Shown piece by piece: positions 1-8,415 of a stretch of 56,493 nucleotides of DNA. The DNA lies in contig CALMZU010000257.1 of the NCBI GenBank assembly GCA_937870775.1, positions 1 through 56,493 of the forward strand, in the 5' to 3' direction. This DNA comes from an uncultured Elusimicrobia bacterium (lineage in GTDB: Bacteria; Elusimicrobiota; Elusimicrobia; Elusimicrobiales; UBA9959). Position 1 is the first letter of the stretch. Each line of letters opens with the position of its first letter. Under the pieces are notes generated by a model. That model made no database searches and had not been told where the DNA came from. It saw nothing but the letters and a program-made list of their open reading frames with translations. Made by a program: the position numbers and the translations under genes.

Positions 1-1
1 C

Positions 2-205
2 TGCAAGCTCAACGCCGTGCTGACCTTCCGCGAGTGGCTCGACGACTTCGCCTCGGACGCCACCCGGGCGAAGGGCGAGGCGCTGATAAGGAAGGAAATA
101 TCCGAGATACGGGCCCGCGAGAAGGACTTCCCGCCGGAGACCGTGAAGCTGCTGGACGCCTACTACGCCCGCATAGCCGCCGGCGAGCGCGACCTCTGTT
201 TCTGA
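2..205 (+). CDS. hydG: [FeFe]-hydrogenase maturase HydG (radical-SAM), C-terminal fragment; the 5' part lies outside the window
   Basis: The frame is open from the window edge to TGA 203-205. The tail 'CKLNAVLTFREWLDDF...YYARIAAGERDLCF' resembles the conserved HydG/ThiH-type C-terminus. It is followed directly by hydE and hydF. Confidence 0.8.
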   Translation, partial: CKLNAVLTFREWLDDFASDATRAKGEALIRKEISEIRAREKDFPPETVKLLDAYYARIAAGERDLCF

Positions 206-246
206 TCTGAGCCCGCGGCCCCGCCTTCGCCCGGAGGGGCGGAGGC

Positions 247-310
247 GGCATGGGTCCGGCGGCAGGCGCACGGCATGGGCCCGTCGGCAGGAGCGTGGCA
301 TGGGTTCTGA
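247..310 (+). repeat. Tandem ~25-nt direct repeat (2.5 copies) in the hydG-hydE spacer
   Basis: Copy 1 is 247-271 ggcatgggtccggcggcaggcgcac and copy 2 is 272-296 ggcatgggcccgtcggcaggagcgt (20/25 identical). A partial third copy is 297-310 ggcatgggttctga. Reverse-complement matches lie downstream at 398-406 (gcccatgcc) and 413-421 (ctgccgacg). Confidence 0.8.
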
Positions 311-440
311 GGGCTGTCGCGGACCGAGCCGCTTGCGCAAGCGCGGCGAGGGAGTGACAAGGCGCGCGCACGGTGTGCGCGACGCCGTGCCCGAAGAGCC
401 CATGCCGCGGGACTGCCGACGATAAGATCGGCATACCGAC

Positions 441-1442
441 ATGAATAAAAAAGAACTCATCGACGCGCTGTCGCCGGGGACCGACCCGGCCCCTTTCTTC
501 GCGCTGGCCGACAAGGTCCGCCGCGACAACGTCGGCGACGGCGTGCACGTGCGCGGCCTCATAGAGTTCTCCAACACCTGCCGCCGCAACTGCCGCTACT
601 GCGGCATACGCGCCGGCAACCCCAAGGTGCGCCGCTACCGCCTCACTAAAGAAGAGATACTCGCTTGCGCCCGCACCGCCGTCTCGCTGAACTACCGCAC
701 CGTCGTCATGCAGTCCGGCGAAGACCCGGCCTGGAGCCCGCGCGACGTCATCCCCGTCCTGGAAGCCGTCAAGAAAGAGACCGGCCTCGCCATAACCCTC
801 TCCATAGGCGAACACTCCAGGGAGGAATATAAGGCCCTGCGCGCCGCCGGCGCCGACCGCTTCCTGCTCCGCTTCGAGACGTCGGACAGGGAACTCTTCA
901 AGGCCCTCAAGCCGGACTCCGACTACGACCGCCGCTTCGCCTGCCTCGCCTGGCTGAAGGAGGCCGGCTTCCAGGTAGGCTCCGGCGTAATGGCCGGCCT
1001 GCCGGGCCAGACCCTCGAGAGCCTCGCCGACGACATACTGCTCTTCAAGAAGCTCGACCTCGACATGGTAGGCATAGGCCCGTTCATACCGAACCCGGAC
1101 ACGCCGCTCGCCGGCTCGGCGGGCGGAACCCTGGACCTCGGCCTCAGGATGGTCGCGCTGACCCGCATAGTCACCGTAAACACGCACATACCGGCCACCA
1201 CCGCTATGGGCACACTGCACCCGCAGGGCAGGCAGCGCGCGCTGCAATGCGGCGCCAACGTGCTGATGCCCAACATAAGCCCCGTCGAGCACAGGGTGGA
1301 CTACAGCCTGTACCCCGGCAAGATCTGCGTCAGCGACGCCGCCGACAAATGCGCCGGCTGCGTCGACGCGATGCTCAAGTCCCTGGGCCGCACGCGCGCG
1401 GAGGGCTACGGGCACTCGCTCAAGAACGCCCCAAAAGGATGA
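441..1442 (+). CDS. hydE: [FeFe]-hydrogenase maturase HydE (radical-SAM, biotin-synthase-like)
   Basis: 333-aa ORF with the radical-SAM cluster motif 'CRRNCRYC' (CX3CX2C). It sits between hydG and hydF, and its stop overlaps the hydF start (ATGA). Confidence 0.85.
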   Translation: MNKKELIDALSPGTDPAPFFALADKVRRDNVGDGVHVRGLIEFSNTCRRNCRYCGIRAGNPKVRRYRLTKEEILACARTAVSLNYRTVVMQSGEDPAWSPRDVIPVLEAVKKETGLAITLSIGEHSREEYKALRAAGADRFLLRFETSDRELFKALKPDSDYDRRFACLAWLKEAGFQVGSGVMAGLPGQTLESLADDILLFKKLDLDMVGIGPFIPNPDTPLAGSAGGTLDLGLRMVALTRIVTVNTHIPATTAMGTLHPQGRQRALQCGANVLMPNISPVEHRVDYSLYPGKICVSDAADKCAGCVDAMLKSLGRTRAEGYGHSLKNAPKG

Positions 1443-2701
1443 CCGCCATGCAAACAACGCCCAAATCCATGCGCCTGCAGATAGCCATCTTCGGCCGCAC
1501 CAACGTCGGCAAGTCCAGCGTGCTGAACATGATAGCCGGCCAGGACGTGGCCATAACCTCGCCGGTGCCCGGCACCACCACCGACGTGGTGGAGAAAAGC
1601 ATGGAGCTGCTGCCGGTAGGGCCCGTGGTGTTCCTGGACACCGCCGGCCTCGACGACAGCGGCGAGCTGGGTGCGCTGCGCACCGAGCGCGCGCGGCGCA
1701 TCTTCGACCGCGCCGACGCCGTGCTGCTGGTGGCCGAACCCTCCGAATGGGGGAAATGGGAGCAGGACGTGGTCGCCGCGTCCGCCGCGCGCAAGACGCC
1801 GGTCATCCCGCTGATAAACAAGACGGACCTGGCCGCCCCCGCGCCCGCCGTGCTGGCCGCGCTGAAGGCGCTGGGCCTGGACCCGGTGCTCTGCTCCGCC
1901 GTGAACAAGGCCGGCCGCGAGGCCGCGGTGAACGAGATAAAGAAACGCCTGCTGGCGGTCACCGCCGACAAGGGCGGACCGAAGGCCATACTGGGCGACC
2001 TGGTCCCGCCCGGCTCGACGGCCGTGCTGATCATACCTATCGACAAGGAGGCCCCGAAGGGCCGCATCATACTTCCGCAGGTGCAGGCCATGCGCGACCT
2101 GCTGGACCACGGGCAGCTCGCTCTGGTCTGCCGCGAGACCGAGTACGCGGCCGCGCTCGCTGCGCTCAAGGCGCCGCCGGCCCTCGTGGTCTGCGACTCG
2201 CAGGTGGTGGACTTCATGGTCGAGAACACGCCGGGCAACGTGCCCTGCACGACGTTCTCGATACTTTTCGCGCGGTTCAAGGGCGACCTGGCCGCCTACG
2301 CGGCCGGCGCCGCGGCCATACGCGGCCTGAAACCCGGCGACCGCGTGGCCGTGATGGAGGCCTGCAGCCACCACGCCATAGAGGACGACATAGGCCGCGT
2401 GAAGCTGCCGCGCTGGCTGAGACAGACCGCAGGGGGGGACCTGAAGATAGACACCTTCGCCGGCCACGACCTGCCTCCGGACATCGCCTCCTACAAGCTG
2501 GCCATACAGTGCGGCGGCTGCATGCTGACCCGCACCGAGATACTGGGCCGCATGGAAAAGACCTCGTCTTCGGGCGTGCCCATAACGAACTACGGCACCG
2601 CCATTTCGGAATGCAAGGGCGTGCTGGAGCGCGTGCTCTCGCCTTTCCCGCTGGCGCTGGCGGCGTACCGCGCCGCGCGCGCGGCGGCCGGCGCCGCCTG
2701 A
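1439..2701 (+). CDS. hydF: [FeFe]-hydrogenase maturation GTPase HydF
   Basis: ATG 1439 ('MTAMQTT...') overlaps the hydE stop. GTPase motifs are G1 'GRTNVGKSS', G3 'DTAG' and G4 'NKTD'. C-terminal FeS ligand motifs are 'EACSHH' and 'QCGGC'. The ORF-track start at 1247 lies inside hydE and is rejected. Confidence 0.9.
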   Translation: MTAMQTTPKSMRLQIAIFGRTNVGKSSVLNMIAGQDVAITSPVPGTTTDVVEKSMELLPVGPVVFLDTAGLDDSGELGALRTERARRIFDRADAVLLVAEPSEWGKWEQDVVAASAARKTPVIPLINKTDLAAPAPAVLAALKALGLDPVLCSAVNKAGREAAVNEIKKRLLAVTADKGGPKAILGDLVPPGSTAVLIIPIDKEAPKGRIILPQVQAMRDLLDHGQLALVCRETEYAAALAALKAPPALVVCDSQVVDFMVENTPGNVPCTTFSILFARFKGDLAAYAAGAAAIRGLKPGDRVAVMEACSHHAIEDDIGRVKLPRWLRQTAGGDLKIDTFAGHDLPPDIASYKLAIQCGGCMLTRTEILGRMEKTSSSGVPITNYGTAISECKGVLERVLSPFPLALAAYRAARAAAGAA

Positions 2702-2726
2702 AAAGGGGGGCCACGCGCAAATGAAA

Positions 2727-2758
2727 GCCCGCGGCGGCCAGGCCCCGCGGGCTTTTTT
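2727..2758 (+). terminator. Rho-independent terminator after hydF
   Basis: Stem gcccgcgg (2727-2734) pairs with ccgcgggc (2745-2752) and is followed by T6 (2753-2758). Confidence 0.7.
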
Positions 2759-2790
2759 GCGTCCCGGCGGCCTTTCATAATAAATAATTT

Positions 2791-2799
2791 TGTTATAAT
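2791..2799 (+). promoter_or_regulatory. Candidate extended -10 promoter (TGtTATAAT) of the lysine-fermentation operon
   Basis: 'tgttataat' lies in the only AT-rich patch between the hydF terminator and ATG 2852. This would leave a leader of about 45-50 nt containing the SD 'aaggag'. Confidence 0.4.
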
Positions 2800-2851
2800 A
2801 TTTGGACTTCGGCGCGGGGCGGTCGCGGTAAAATCTGACAAGGAGTAAGGC

Positions 2852-3529
2852 ATGAAACCTATTCTTACGGCTGAACAGGCGGTTGAGAAGATAAAGGACG
2901 GTTCGTCGTTGATGGTGGGCGGCTTCATGGGCTGCGGCAACGCTTTCACGCTCATCGAGGCCCTCCTGAAGAAAGGCTCGAAGGACCTGACGCTGATGAC
3001 CAGCGACACGGCCTTCCCCGAGGTCGGCGTCGGCAAACTGATCTCCCAGAGCCGCGTCAAGAAGCTTTACGCCACCCACATAGGCACAAACCCGGTCTCC
3101 GGCCAGAAGATGAACTCCGGCGAGATGGACGTGACGCTGGTGCCCCAGGGCACCTTCAACGAGCGCATCCGCGCGAAGGGCGCGGGCCTCGGCGGCGTGC
3201 TGACCCCCACCGGCATAGGCACCGCCGTGGAGAAGGGGAAACAGAAGCTCATCATCAACGACAAGGAATACCTGCTCGAGCTGCCGCTCGGCGCGGAGTT
3301 CGCCTTCGTGAAGGCCGAGGTCTGCGACAAGTACGGCAACTGCTTCCTGCCGGCCGCCACCAAGAACGCCGAGGTCAGCATGGCCATGGCCGCCGACTAC
3401 GTTATCGTCGAGGCCGACAAGATAGTGGAGCCCGGCGAGATGGACCCCGACAGGGTCACGATACCCGGCGTGTTCATCTCCGCCATCGTGAAGTCCGAGA
3501 TACCGGCGCAGAACCTGCAGCAGAAATAA
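2852..3529 (+). CDS. atoD: 3-oxoacid/acetoacetate CoA-transferase, subunit A
   Basis: 225 aa. The N-terminus 'DGSSLMVGGFMGCGNA...' and the overall sequence are typical of family I CoA-transferase alpha subunits. It is paired with subunit B and sits in a lysine-fermentation context. Confidence 0.85.
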   Translation: MKPILTAEQAVEKIKDGSSLMVGGFMGCGNAFTLIEALLKKGSKDLTLMTSDTAFPEVGVGKLISQSRVKKLYATHIGTNPVSGQKMNSGEMDVTLVPQGTFNERIRAKGAGLGGVLTPTGIGTAVEKGKQKLIINDKEYLLELPLGAEFAFVKAEVCDKYGNCFLPAATKNAEVSMAMAADYVIVEADKIVEPGEMDPDRVTIPGVFISAIVKSEIPAQNLQQK

Positions 3530-3540
3530 GGAGCTTTCAA

Positions 3541-4200
3541 ATGGACCCCAAGGAACTCAAGAGAGTAAGGCTGATAAAGCGCATCGCGCAGGAGCTGCCC
3601 GACGGCGCGCTGGTGAACCTCGGCATCGGCATGCCGACGATGGTGGCCAACTACATCCCCAAGGACCGCAACATACTGCTGCACTCCGAGAACGGCTTCA
3701 TAGGCCTCGGCGGCACGCCCGAGAAGGGCAAGGAAGACCCGCGCATAGTGAACGCCGGCGGCCAGCCGGTAACGCTGGTGCCCGGCGGCTGCTACTTCGA
3801 TTCGGCGATGAGCTTCGCCATCATCCGCGGCGGCCACGTGGACTACACCGTGCTCGGCGCGCTGGAGGTGGACGAGCAGGGAAATCTCGCCAATTACATG
3901 ATCCCCGGCAAGATGGTGCCCGGCATGGGCGGCGCTATGGACCTGGTGGTCGGCGCGAAGAACGTCATAGTGGCGATGGAGCACGTCAACAAGAACGGCG
4001 CGCCCAAGATACTCAGGAAGTGCACTCTGCCCCTTACCGCCGTGGAGGAAGTGGACATCATCGTCACCGACATGGCCTTCATACGCGTAACGAAGAAAGG
4101 CCTGGTCCTCGAGGAGATCGCGGAGGACACGACCGTCGAGGAAGTGGTGAAGTGCACCGAGCCGAAACTGCACATCCCCGGCACCATACGGAAGTTCTGA
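3541..4200 (+). CDS. atoA: 3-oxoacid/acetoacetate CoA-transferase, subunit B
   Basis: 219 aa with the catalytic-Glu motif 'LHSENGFIGLG' and the SD 'aaggag' upstream. Confidence 0.85.
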   Translation: MDPKELKRVRLIKRIAQELPDGALVNLGIGMPTMVANYIPKDRNILLHSENGFIGLGGTPEKGKEDPRIVNAGGQPVTLVPGGCYFDSAMSFAIIRGGHVDYTVLGALEVDEQGNLANYMIPGKMVPGMGGAMDLVVGAKNVIVAMEHVNKNGAPKILRKCTLPLTAVEEVDIIVTDMAFIRVTKKGLVLEEIAEDTTVEEVVKCTEPKLHIPGTIRKF

Positions 4201-4210
4201 GGAGACCGAC

Positions 4211-5029
4211 ATGGCCAACAAGATGATAATAACCTGCGCGCTTACCGGCGCCGAGACCACGAAGGCCCAGGCCCCGGCCCTGCCGGTTACCCCCGAGGAG
4301 CTGGCCGCTTCCGCCGAGGAATGCTGGAAGGCCGGCGCCTCCATAGTGCACCTGCACGCCCGCAAGGACGACGGCACCCCTACCGCCGAGGTGGCGGTGT
4401 TCAAGAAGGCGATAGAGCTCATCCGCAAGCGCTGCGACGTGGTGATAGAGATCACCACCGGCGGAGCCGTCGGGATGACCCCCGAGGAGCGCATCGCCCC
4501 GGTGGCGCTCAAGCCCGACATGGCCTCGCTCGACTGCGGCAGCGTGAACTTCGGCAACGACTATATCATCAACACCGTGCCGATCATGCGGCAGTTCGCC
4601 TCCGAGATGAACAGGCACGGCGTGCGCCCCACGCTGGAGTGCTTCGACGTGTCGCACGTGCAGGCCTCGCACATCCTGATCAAGGAAGGCCTGATAAAGC
4701 CGCCGTACCACTACGGTTTCGTGATGAACGTGCCGGCCGCGCTCAGCATGAGCGTCAAGACGCTTTCGTACATGATGGACCAGATGCCCGCGGAGAGCTA
4801 CTTCACCGTGATGGGCGTGGGCCGCGCCCACCTGCCGGCCATCTACGGCGCCATAGCCGCCGGCGGGTTCATCCGCGTGGGCTTCGAGGACAACATCTAC
4901 TACTCGAAGGGCAGGCTGGCCAAGTCCAACGCAGAATTCGTGGAGCGTGCGGTGCGCATATCGAAGGAGGCCGACCTCGAAATAGCGAAGCCCGGCGACG
5001 TGCGCAAACTGTTCGCCCTGAAGGAATAA
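4211..5029 (+). CDS. kce: 3-keto-5-aminohexanoate cleavage enzyme (BKACE/DUF849 family)
   Basis: 272 aa. 'IITCALTGAETTK...' and 'IVHLHAR' (Zn-ligand His pair) are typical of Kce. It lies between the CoA-transferase genes and kdd. Confidence 0.8.
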   Translation: MANKMIITCALTGAETTKAQAPALPVTPEELAASAEECWKAGASIVHLHARKDDGTPTAEVAVFKKAIELIRKRCDVVIEITTGGAVGMTPEERIAPVALKPDMASLDCGSVNFGNDYIINTVPIMRQFASEMNRHGVRPTLECFDVSHVQASHILIKEGLIKPPYHYGFVMNVPAALSMSVKTLSYMMDQMPAESYFTVMGVGRAHLPAIYGAIAAGGFIRVGFEDNIYYSKGRLAKSNAEFVERAVRISKEADLEIAKPGDVRKLFALKE

Positions 5030-5062
5030 CGCAGCAGCACAAAACGAGATACAGGAGAAAAC

Positions 5063-6124
5063 ATGTCAAAGAACATTACCGTGAAGAAAGGCGGCAATCC
5101 GTTCGGCGCCCACCGGGTCATAGAGCCCAAAGGCGTGCTGCCGCAGCCCGCGCTGAAAGTGGACAACAGCATGGACTACATCTACGACAACGAGATCATG
5201 CTCGACGTGGATACCCTGAACATAGACTCGGCCAGCTTCACCCAGATCAAGCAGGTGAACAACGGCGACGAGGCCAAGATAAAGGAAATGATCCAGAAGA
5301 TCGTCGGGGAGAGGGGCAAGATGCAGAACCCCGTCACCGGTTCCGGCGGCATGTTCCTCGGCCGCGTGGCCAAGATAGGCCCGAAGCTCGCCGCTAAGAC
5401 CAGCCTGAAGGTCGGCGACAAGGTGGCCAGCCTGGTCTCGCTGTCCCTGACCCCGCTGAAGATCGAGAAGATCCTCGGCATCAAGAGGGGCACCGAGCAG
5501 GTGAACGTGAAGGCCAAGGCCATCATCTTCGAGAGCGGCATCTACGCGAAGATCCCCAAGGACATGCCCGAGAAGCTCGCGCTCGCGGTGCTCGACGTGG
5601 CCGGCGCCCCGGCCCAGACCGCGAAGCTCGTGAAGCCCGGCAACACCGTCGTGATCATCGGCGCCGCCGGCAAGAGCGGCGTGCTCTGCGCCTACGAGGC
5701 CAAGCGCCGCGCCGGCATCAGCGGCCGCATCATCGGCATCACCAGCTCCGACTCCGGCCTCAAGAAGATGAAGGAGTACGGTTTCTGCGACGACTGCCTG
5801 AAGCTCAGCGCGACGAACGCCCTGGAGTGCTACGAGGCGATCAACGAGCTGACCGGCGGCAAGCTGGCCGACGTCGTCATCAACTGCGTCAACATCCCGA
5901 ACACCGAGATGGCGTCGATACTGATGACCCGCGACAACGGCATAGTCTACTTCTTCACGATGGCGACCTCCTTCACGAAGGCCGCGCTCGGCGCCGAGGG
6001 CGTCGGCAAGGACGTGGACATGATCATCGGCAACGGCTACACGAAGGACCACGCGGACATAACGCTGAACATCCTGCGCGAGAGCCCGAAGATACGCAAG
6101 ATATACGAGAAGACCTACGCCTGA
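5063..6124 (+). CDS. kdd: L-erythro-3,5-diaminohexanoate dehydrogenase
   Basis: 353 aa with a Rossmann segment 'VVIIGAAGKSG'. The size and position next to kce and kamA match Kdd of lysine-fermentation clusters. Confidence 0.75.
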   Translation: MSKNITVKKGGNPFGAHRVIEPKGVLPQPALKVDNSMDYIYDNEIMLDVDTLNIDSASFTQIKQVNNGDEAKIKEMIQKIVGERGKMQNPVTGSGGMFLGRVAKIGPKLAAKTSLKVGDKVASLVSLSLTPLKIEKILGIKRGTEQVNVKAKAIIFESGIYAKIPKDMPEKLALAVLDVAGAPAQTAKLVKPGNTVVIIGAAGKSGVLCAYEAKRRAGISGRIIGITSSDSGLKKMKEYGFCDDCLKLSATNALECYEAINELTGGKLADVVINCVNIPNTEMASILMTRDNGIVYFFTMATSFTKAALGAEGVGKDVDMIIGNGYTKDHADITLNILRESPKIRKIYEKTYA

Positions 6125-6132
6125 TACGTTCA

Positions 6133-6161
6133 CCCGCCCCGGCGAGACCCGCCGGGGCGGG
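6133..6161 (+). other. Perfect 12-bp GC hairpin between kdd and kamA, with no U-tract
   Basis: cccgccccggcg (6133-6144) pairs with cgccggggcggg (6150-6161), separated by a 5-nt loop. Confidence 0.7.
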
Positions 6162-6208
6162 ACTTACGGAGGGGACCCCGCTCCGGCGCGGGGGGACAAG
6201 GAGACACC

Positions 6209-7477
6209 ATGAAGCCCTACAAGACCGTGGAGTACAGGAAGATACCGCTGTGGAAGAACGTGTCCGAGAGCGACTGGCACGACTACAAATGGCAGCTTAA
6301 GAACGTCATAAAGGACATCCCGACGCTGGAGAAGGTCGCCGTGCTCTCCGCGCAGGAGAAGAACGACCTGAAGGCCTGCCTCAAGAAATTTACGATGGCG
6401 ATAACGCCGTACTACGCGGCGCTGATGGACAAGAAGGACAAGGGCTGCCCGGTGCGCCTGCAGGCGATACCGCGCGCCCTCGAGCTCAACACCGACCCCT
6501 CCGACCTGGCCGACCCGCTCCACGAGGACGTGGACTCGCCGGTGCCCGGCCTGACCCACCGCTACCCGGACCGCGTGCTGCTGCTGGTCACCAACATCTG
6601 CTCGATGAACTGCCGCCACTGCACCCGCCGCAGGCTCGTCGGCTTCGAGGACGTGCACATGTCCTCCGCCAACATAGACAAGGCGATAGAGTACATCCGC
6701 CGCACCCCGGAGGTGCGCGACGTGCTGATCTCCGGCGGCGACCCGCTGGTGCTGCCCGACGAGATGCTGGAAGGCATCATAAAGAAGCTCCGCGCGATAG
6801 ACCACGTCGAGATCATCCGCATCGGCACCCGCACGCCGGTGGTCATGCCCATGCGCATCACCGACAAGCTGGTGGAAATGCTCAGGAAGTACCACCCGAT
6901 ATACATCAACACTCATTTCAACCACCCGAAAGAGATGACCGCCGAGGCCTTCGAGGCCTGCCGCAAGCTCGCCGACGCCGGCATACCGCTCGGCAACCAG
7001 AGCGTGCTGCTCAAGGGCGTCAACGACTGCCCGCAGACGATGAAGAAGCTGGTGCACGAGCTGCTGATGGCGCGCGTGAAGCCCTATTACATCTACCAGT
7101 GCGACCTCTCCGTCGGCATAAGTCATTTCCGCACCTCGGTGTCGAAAGGCGTGGAGATCATAGAGAACCTGCGCGGCCACACCTCCGGCATGGCCGTCCC
7201 GACGTTCGTCGTGGACGCGCCCGGCGGCGGCGGCAAGACGCCGGTGATGCCGAACTACCTTATCTCGCAGAACGGCAAGCGCGTGGTGCTCAGGAACTAC
7301 GAGGGCGTCATAACCACCTACACCGAGCCCGAGGGTTACGTGGCCAGCCACGACAACTGCCGCTACTGCGGCGACGAGAAGTACAAGCCGATAGACGGCG
7401 TCGCGAAGCTGCTCAACGGCGGCAAGCTGACGCTGGAGCCGGCAAACCTGATGCGGACCCGCAGGCACAGGAAATAA
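6209..7477 (+). CDS. kamA: L-lysine 2,3-aminomutase (radical-SAM/PLP)
   Basis: 422 aa with the motif 'CSMNCRHCTRRR' (CX3CX2C) and extensive KamA-like sequence. The SD 'aaggag' lies upstream. Confidence 0.9.
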   Translation: MKPYKTVEYRKIPLWKNVSESDWHDYKWQLKNVIKDIPTLEKVAVLSAQEKNDLKACLKKFTMAITPYYAALMDKKDKGCPVRLQAIPRALELNTDPSDLADPLHEDVDSPVPGLTHRYPDRVLLLVTNICSMNCRHCTRRRLVGFEDVHMSSANIDKAIEYIRRTPEVRDVLISGGDPLVLPDEMLEGIIKKLRAIDHVEIIRIGTRTPVVMPMRITDKLVEMLRKYHPIYINTHFNHPKEMTAEAFEACRKLADAGIPLGNQSVLLKGVNDCPQTMKKLVHELLMARVKPYYIYQCDLSVGISHFRTSVSKGVEIIENLRGHTSGMAVPTFVVDAPGGGGKTPVMPNYLISQNGKRVVLRNYEGVITTYTEPEGYVASHDNCRYCGDEKYKPIDGVAKLLNGGKLTLEPANLMRTRRHRK

Positions 7478-7484
7478 GAACGCC

Positions 7485-7527
7485 GGGCCGGCGGAACGGG
7501 AGGGCGACCTCCGGGTTCCGCCGGCCC
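7485..7527 (+). other. Long GC hairpin immediately after kamA (possible attenuator or mRNA stabiliser)
   Basis: gggccggcggaac (7485-7497) pairs with gttccgccggccc (7515-7527). An inner ggagg/cctcc helix encloses a gcga loop. There is no clear U-tract. Confidence 0.65.
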
Positions 7528-7542
7528 TCGCTTTACCCGGTC

Positions 7543-8415
7543 ATGGACTTCGTCAAAACCCTCAAGGACAGGACGGTCTTCATAGTCGGCTCGAAGAAGA
7601 ACGCCGGCAAGACCACCTTCCTGAACTACGCGCTGAGCCGCCTGCGCGGCGAGTCGCGCTGCGCGGCGCTGAGCGTAGGCGTGGACGGCGAGGCCTCCGA
7701 CCAGGTCTACGGCACCGCCAAGCCCAGGGTGAAGGCCGCGCCGGGGGACCTGCTGCTCTGCGCCGAGACCGCGCTCAGGCACGCGGACCTGCACTTCGAG
7801 ATACTCAACGTCTACCCGTACACCACCGCGATAGGCAGGCCGGTGCTGGTGCGCGCGCTGCGCCCCGGCCGCGCCGAGATCTCCGGGCCGGAGAACAACG
7901 AGCAGCTGCCCGAGATCATAGCCGACATGCGCCGCCACGGGGCGGGCACGGTATTCATCGACGGGGCCGCGGACCGCATCACGCAGGCCTCCGCAGGCGG
8001 CAAGGCCGCCTTCGTCTACGTGGCCAGGATCGAGCCGGACAACCTGGATTCGGCCTGCTCCTCGCTCAAGCTGATCTGGGACGCGTCCCGCCTGCCGGCC
8101 GCGGGACGCCTGCGCGAGCCGGTAATAAGGATAGACGGAGCCCTTACGCCCGGCAAGCTGCCGCCACGCGGCGAGAAGGGGGGGACCCTGGTGGCCGAGG
8201 ACCTCACGAAGGTCTTCCTCAGCTGGCAGCAATGGAAGGAACTGAAGTGCCGCTTCGACGTGCGTTTCGCCGCCGGGCCGGACTTAGCCGCTTTTATAGT
8301 CAATTTGTATAATATCAGCAGGGCCGATTTCGAAGCCAGGCTGGGCGACAAGGCCCTGCAGTCCAGGATAGTCTACAACCCGTACGAGCCGGCGGCCCGC
8401 ACGGCCGCCGCATGA
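7543..8415 (+). CDS. P-loop protein of unknown function, candidate aminomutase accessory or reactivase subunit
   Basis: ATG 7543 ('MDFVKTLKDRTVFIVGSKKNAGKTTF...') carries a Walker A motif. The upstream part of ORF 7099..8415 overlaps kamA and is rejected. The stop overlaps the next start (ATGA). Confidence 0.6.
   Translation: MDFVKTLKDRTVFIVGSKKNAGKTTFLNYALSRLRGESRCAALSVGVDGEASDQVYGTAKPRVKAAPGDLLLCAETALRHADLHFEILNVYPYTTAIGRPVLVRALRPGRAEISGPENNEQLPEIIADMRRHGAGTVFIDGAADRITQASAGGKAAFVYVARIEPDNLDSACSSLKLIWDASRLPAAGRLREPVIRIDGALTPGKLPPRGEKGGTLVAEDLTKVFLSWQQWKELKCRFDVRFAAGPDLAAFIVNLYNISRADFEARLGDKALQSRIVYNPYEPAARTAAA

Noticed and set aside
250-357. A 35-codon ORF reading through the hydG-hydE repeats with GGAGG 4 nt upstream.
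   Set aside because: It is too short and low-complexity (Ala/Gly/Arg) to call as a CDS without conservation data. It is mentioned only as an alternative in the spacer finding.
247-421. The possibility that the 25-nt repeats are a small CRISPR array or a REP/MITE element.
   Set aside because: The 2.5 copies are directly contiguous with no spacers. I noticed no other copy of the motif elsewhere in the window. There are no terminal inverted repeats or target duplications. I kept it as a structured-RNA candidate instead.
2759-2851. A lysine riboswitch or T-box in front of the lysine-fermentation operon.
   Set aside because: The candidate -10 box leaves only about 50 nt of leader. That is far too short for an L-box (about 180 nt) or T-box, and no conserved riboswitch helices are visible.
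9-3079. Long minus-strand ORFs over the hyd genes (9..1457, 1406..3079, 1420..2280, and similar).
   Set aside because: Their translations are Arg/Ala/Gly/Pro-rich low-complexity strings, typical of antisense shadow frames in GC-rich DNA. The plus-strand frames carry unambiguous HydE and HydF motifs.
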